Both the position numbers and the translations under genes were made by a program. The notes below the pieces were generated by a model that saw nothing but the letters and a program-made list of their open reading frames with translations, did no database searches and had not been told where the DNA came from. 64,000 nt of DNA from an uncultured delta proteobacterium (GTDB lineage Bacteria > Myxococcota_A > Polyangia > Polyangiales > B10-G4): contig CAVSGI010000009.1 of the NCBI GenBank assembly GCA_963727445.1, forward strand, positions 800,001-864,000, in the 5' to 3' direction. Shown in pieces: positions 60,370 to 64,000 of this stretch. Numbering within the stretch: position 1 is the first letter of the stretch; every line of letters begins with the position of its first letter.

Positions 60370-61929
60370 ATGCGCACACCCAAGATCGCACTTTGCTTCG
60401 TTCTAACCGCCCTCGTCGCCGCCTGCGGTGACGACTCGACGCCCACCGACTCCGGCATGGGCGGCGACACGGGCATGATGATGACGGATACCGGCACGCC
60501 CGACGCGATGCCGGACACCACCGTGCCTCCGACCGAAGGCGTCTGCACGATGCCGATCGAGATCACCGGTGAAATCGGGACGGTCACCGTCTCGGGCGAC
60601 ACCAGCATGACGTCGCTCCGCCCCGTCGACCTCGGCGCCGATTGCGGCAACCCCGAGGCGGCGCGCTTCTCTCCGCAGCAGGTCGTCGCCTACACGGTTC
60701 CGGGGACCGAAGAGGTCGGAGTGCTCTTCACCCTCGACACCACGGCGACCGACATGGACTTCGTCGCCATCCTTCAGGCGCGCACGGACTGCGGGACCGT
60801 TCCCACGGCCGACGCGTGCTTCCAGGACGTCACCGACGCCATGCGCCACGCCACTGGCGCCGTCACCGCGATGGGCGGCGACACCCTCTACATCATCGTG
60901 ACGGGCATCGCCGAGGTCATGTCGCCCTACACCGATCAGGGCGCTTGGGAGATGGACATCACCGCCGGCGCGAACGAGGCGCCGGTGCTCGTGGGTGGTC
61001 AGCTGAGCCGCGTCGGCGACTCCCTGGAGATCGCGCTCTCGGGGACGGACGACATGGGTGGCAAGGGCTACACCATGGAGCTCCAGAAGGCCGACGGCAG
61101 TGGTATCGACACCAACGGTGACGGCGCGGTGGACGCCACGGACCTGATCGTCGCGGACTTCAGCAACGACGTGTCGGACATGATGGCCTTCGTGGGCCGC
61201 GACAACTACGTCGGCATCGGTGCCGACCTCATCGACAGCGAGATGGCCGTTCAGGCCGAGGTGACCGTGCGCGACGTCTTCATGGTGGACAGCGCGCCCA
61301 TGACGCTGATGATCGGCGACGCCGTCGGCGTCGGCGGGACCTGCGACGACACCACCTTCTGCGCCGGCTCGCTCAGCTGCACGTCCATGATGTGCGAGGC
61401 GAGCTCGGAGGCGACGACGGCTTGCGCGTCGCCCACCGCGCTCACCATCAGCACGCCGACCACCACCGCCGAGACCACTACCGTCAGCGGGAGCATCCCC
61501 GCGGGCATGGGCGCCCTCGCGCCGACCTGCACCAACGCTGCAGGCCCCGAGGTGACCTACGGCCTCACCGTCCCCGCCGGCGGACCCTTCGACGTCGTCG
61601 CCCGCACCGACCTGAGCGGCACGGGTGACACCGACACGATGGTGTACCTGCGCAGCGACTGCACGGACCCGACGACCGAGGTCGCCTGCAACGACGACAT
61701 CGACCTCGAAGGCGGTACCTACACCTCGCACCTGGAGCTCCTCGATGCGCCGGCTGGCGACTACGTGCTCATCGTCGAGCAGTGGGCGCCGGACGTCACC
61801 GACACCGCGGGTCCCTTCCAGCTCGAGGTCGCCCTCCGGCCGGTGCTGGCGAGCGGCGCGAGCTGCGACAACGCAGGCGTGATGAACCGCTGCGCTGGCG
61901 GCGCGTGCGCCAGCGGCACCTGCCCCTAG
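60370..61929 (+). CDS. Large Met/Asp/Thr-rich lipoprotein with PPC-like domains
   Basis: Lipobox AAC-GDD; DTDTMVYLRSDC..ACNDD motif; DTNGDGAVDATD Ca-binding-like loop; Cys-rich modules. Confidence 0.78.
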   Translation: MRTPKIALCFVLTALVAACGDDSTPTDSGMGGDTGMMMTDTGTPDAMPDTTVPPTEGVCTMPIEITGEIGTVTVSGDTSMTSLRPVDLGADCGNPEAARFSPQQVVAYTVPGTEEVGVLFTLDTTATDMDFVAILQARTDCGTVPTADACFQDVTDAMRHATGAVTAMGGDTLYIIVTGIAEVMSPYTDQGAWEMDITAGANEAPVLVGGQLSRVGDSLEIALSGTDDMGGKGYTMELQKADGSGIDTNGDGAVDATDLIVADFSNDVSDMMAFVGRDNYVGIGADLIDSEMAVQAEVTVRDVFMVDSAPMTLMIGDAVGVGGTCDDTTFCAGSLSCTSMMCEASSEATTACASPTALTISTPTTTAETTTVSGSIPAGMGALAPTCTNAAGPEVTYGLTVPAGGPFDVVARTDLSGTGDTDTMVYLRSDCTDPTTEVACNDDIDLEGGTYTSHLELLDAPAGDYVLIVEQWAPDVTDTAGPFQLEVALRPVLASGASCDNAGVMNRCAGGACASGTCP

Positions 61930-61936
61930 TCGTCAG

Positions 61937-62632
61937 TCAGTTCGAACGCTTGTCGCGCGCTTCGCGCGCGGCACGCTCGAGCGCCTCGCGGACGGTCTCT
62001 TTCACGTCGTCTTCGTCGACGACGATGACCTCTTTGCCGTCCGCGCGGCGCTTGAGCTCGACGACCTTGCCCGCACCCCGACCACGGGTGACGGGCTTCT
62101 TCTTTTCGGGCGTCTTCACCCGGCGCCGCCGCTGGGGTGGTGACGCCTTCTGCTGCTTCAAGCGACCGAAGAGCTTCCACGCCTCGGCGCCGTCGAAGGG
62201 CGGGATGGGGATCAGGTTCAGCCCCATCAGGAAGAGGTTCAGCCGGAAGAAGGTGTCGTAGAGCTGCGTGCCGAAGGCCGAGTGCGGCACGACCACGAAG
62301 TTGCCGACGATCAGCGCCACCACGAGGGCGATCATCTGGAAGAGCACGCCACCCCAGGCGATGATGGAGCTCTGTACCGGCGTCGGGATCCCGGCGTACT
62401 TGCAGAGGCCGCCAAACCCGTTGACCTCCACCGAGATGGCGCGGAGCCCATAGCGGAGGACGAAGAAGAGGTGGCCGACCTCGTGCCAGAGGATCAGCAG
62501 CGCCACGCCCACCCAGACGCCGGGAAGGAAGCGGAAGCCCCCCAGCATCACGGCCATCAGCGGGATGGTCCAATGCGCCTTGACCGGGACCCCGCGGATG
62601 CGGAAGAGCGTCAGGTAGCCACTGGAGAACAC
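61937..62632 (-). CDS. Site-2 protease-like (M50) membrane protein
   Basis: LILWHEVGH, AWGG, NLIPIPPFDG; GTG start inferred at 62632. Confidence 0.82.
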   Translation of the reverse strand: MFSSGYLTLFRIRGVPVKAHWTIPLMAVMLGGFRFLPGVWVGVALLILWHEVGHLFFVLRYGLRAISVEVNGFGGLCKYAGIPTPVQSSIIAWGGVLFQMIALVVALIVGNFVVVPHSAFGTQLYDTFFRLNLFLMGLNLIPIPPFDGAEAWKLFGRLKQQKASPPQRRRRVKTPEKKKPVTRGRGAGKVVELKRRADGKEVIVVDEDDVKETVREALERAAREARDKRSN

Positions 62633-62662
62633 GAAGCCCAATGTAAGTCCCCAAAAGACGGA

Positions 62663-62822
62663 ATGCACAGGGGACGCTAGATTGACAATTGACTTGTGCC
62701 CCCCAATCCCCAGCCGGGATGCACAGGGGACGCAAGGTTGACAATTGACTTGTGCCCCCCGCTCCCCAGCCGTTCCGGCTCCCGGCCCCCGGGCACAAGT
62801 CAATTGTCAACCTTGCGTCCCC
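62663..62822. repeat. Three-copy intergenic repeat (two direct, one inverted), REP/BIME-like
   Basis: ATGCACAGGGGACGC(T/A)AG(A/G)TTGACAATTGACTTGTGCCCCCC at 62663-62704 and 62719-62760; exact reverse complement of the 32-bp core of copy 2 at 62791-62822. Confidence 0.92.
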
Positions 62823-62861
62823 GATCTTGCGTCGCCCGTCTACTGGCGTTAGAGGCGTGCC

Positions 62862-63440
62862 ATGAGTCGAGACGAAGCCGAGGAGCACGTGCGGGGGCTC
62901 CTGCGCTACATCGGAGAAGATCCGGGGCGCGAGGGGTTGATCGAGACGCCGGCCCGGGTGCTCCGTGCGATGAGCGAGCATTTCGCGGGCTACGCCGAGG
63001 ACCCGGCCGAGCACCTGGCCAAGACCTTCAGCGAGGTCGAAGGCTACGACGAGCTCGTCCTTGTCACCGACATCGAGGTCTACAGCCACTGCGAGCACCA
63101 CATGGTGCCCTTCGTGGGTAAGGCCCACGTGGCATACATCCCGGACGGCCGCGTGGTCGGCCTGTCGAAGCTGGCGCGCGTGGTCGACGTCTACGCCAAG
63201 CGGCTGCAGGTGCAGGAGAAGCTCACGGCGCAGATCGCGGACGCCATCCAGCAGACCCTCCGTCCACAGGGCGTCGCGGTGATCGTCCAGTGCCAGCATT
63301 TCTGCATGTGCTACCGCGGCGTGCGCAAGCCCGGCTCCTGGACGACGACCTGCAAGCTGCACGGCGCCTTCATGAAGGAAGAAGCCACGCGCAGCGAGCT
63401 GCTCACGCTGATCGGCATGCAGCGCTCGATCGGCGACTGA
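62862..63440 (+). CDS. folE: GTP cyclohydrolase I
   Basis: [39 protein letters not shown]. Confidence 0.96.
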   Translation: MSRDEAEEHVRGLLRYIGEDPGREGLIETPARVLRAMSEHFAGYAEDPAEHLAKTFSEVEGYDELVLVTDIEVYSHCEHHMVPFVGKAHVAYIPDGRVVGLSKLARVVDVYAKRLQVQEKLTAQIADAIQQTLRPQGVAVIVQCQHFCMCYRGVRKPGSWTTTCKLHGAFMKEEATRSELLTLIGMQRSIGD

Positions 63441-63448
63441 CGGCGCTC

Positions 63449-63880
63449 TCAGTAGCGCTTGTCGATCCCCGACGCGACCGCGCTCAGAGCGTTCAGCACC
63501 GGCAGCGAGCGCGCGATCTTCAGCTTGGGTCCTTCGATCTTGTGATCGGGGCTGGCGATCGCCTGCACCACGTTCATCTCGCCCCTGTCGAGCTTGCACC
63601 ACACGGCGTAGGGCGCCGTGGTGCGGGCCATGGTCTTCTTGTCGAATGGCGCGCGCCGCAGCGCGCCCGGCGCGTCCTCGATGACGAGGTCCTGGGTGAC
63701 CCGGCCCCTGTGGATGTGGAGGGCCTGGGAGACGTCCTTGCCATCGGGGGTATCGAGGCAGACCAGCACGATGGTGTCGTCGAACTTCCGCGCCGCCTTC
63801 TGGAAATCGCCATCTTCGTTGAGCGTCTTCACGAAGAGATCGGCGAACTCTGGCGTCCAGTAGCGCAACAAATCCGACAT
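63449..63880 (-). CDS. SCP2-like (sterol/lipid carrier) domain protein
   Basis: 143 aa from ATG 63880; APYAVW..L..GE....AI.....KIEG pattern typical of SCP2-like proteins. Confidence 0.6.
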   Translation of the reverse strand: MSDLLRYWTPEFADLFVKTLNEDGDFQKAARKFDDTIVLVCLDTPDGKDVSQALHIHRGRVTQDLVIEDAPGALRRAPFDKKTMARTTAPYAVWCKLDRGEMNVVQAIASPDHKIEGPKLKIARSLPVLNALSAVASGIDKRY

Positions 63881-63947
63881 CGCTGCCTCCCACCCCACCC
63901 AAGAAAAAACCGGGCCGGGGGTCGGATGGTAAGGTCGGAGACTGGCG

Positions 63948-64000
63948 ATGGCGAGGTACGTCACAGCGATTGTCGTGATTTTCTTTGGGCTTTCGGGCCC
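63948..64000 (+). CDS. 5' end of a probable exported protein (truncated by window edge)
   Basis: GGAG SD at 63937-63940, ATG at 63948, MARYVTAIVVIFFGLSG signal-peptide-like sequence. Confidence 0.45.
   Translation, partial: MARYVTAIVVIFFGLSG

Noticed and set aside
62663..62822. Repeat as a mini-CRISPR or c-di-GMP-I riboswitch (GCACAGGG..GGGACGCAA resemblance)
   Set aside because: Only 14 nt separates the direct copies, the third copy is inverted and there are no cas genes; the GCAAACC/GAAA stem of the riboswitch is absent

Overview
64 kb of very GC-rich, densely coding bacterial DNA, most likely from a Myxococcota (Polyangiales/Sandaracinaceae-like) genome. This is inferred from three Hanks-type Ser/Thr kinases, a MYXO-CTERM-like tail, an SCE4755-like protein and many CGDD lipoproteins. 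About 56 CDS were found, with no rRNA, tRNA, CRISPR array or transposase. Main blocks: (i) arsM with a Cys-tailed SigZ-like ECF sigma factor behind an ECF-type promoter; (ii) mixed housekeeping genes (selO, glpD, M1 peptidase, hydrolases, kinases, GT4, ferritin-like, M50); (iii) an 8-gene MoxR/DUF58/VWA/ABC operon led by a membrane coiled-coil protein with an 89-codon Asn-Gly(-Gln) tandem repeat; (iv) a minus-strand cluster regB-regA-mbnP-mbnH-CxxC outer-membrane-type protein-MbnP-like protein-CxxCH propeller lipoprotein, in which two internal promoters carry RegA/RegR-type boxes at identical spacing from a -10 element (the best candidate for an undescribed, probably copper-related circuit); (v) slyD, Rieske oxygenase, LPMO-like protein, membrane/spermidine-synthase-like fusion, folE, and a 3-copy intergenic repeat. 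Five genes carry +1 frameshifts that all lie in or next to a GATC, suggesting methylation-linked long-read errors. At least eight genes look leaderless. All functional calls come from motif recognition by eye; no database searches were run.
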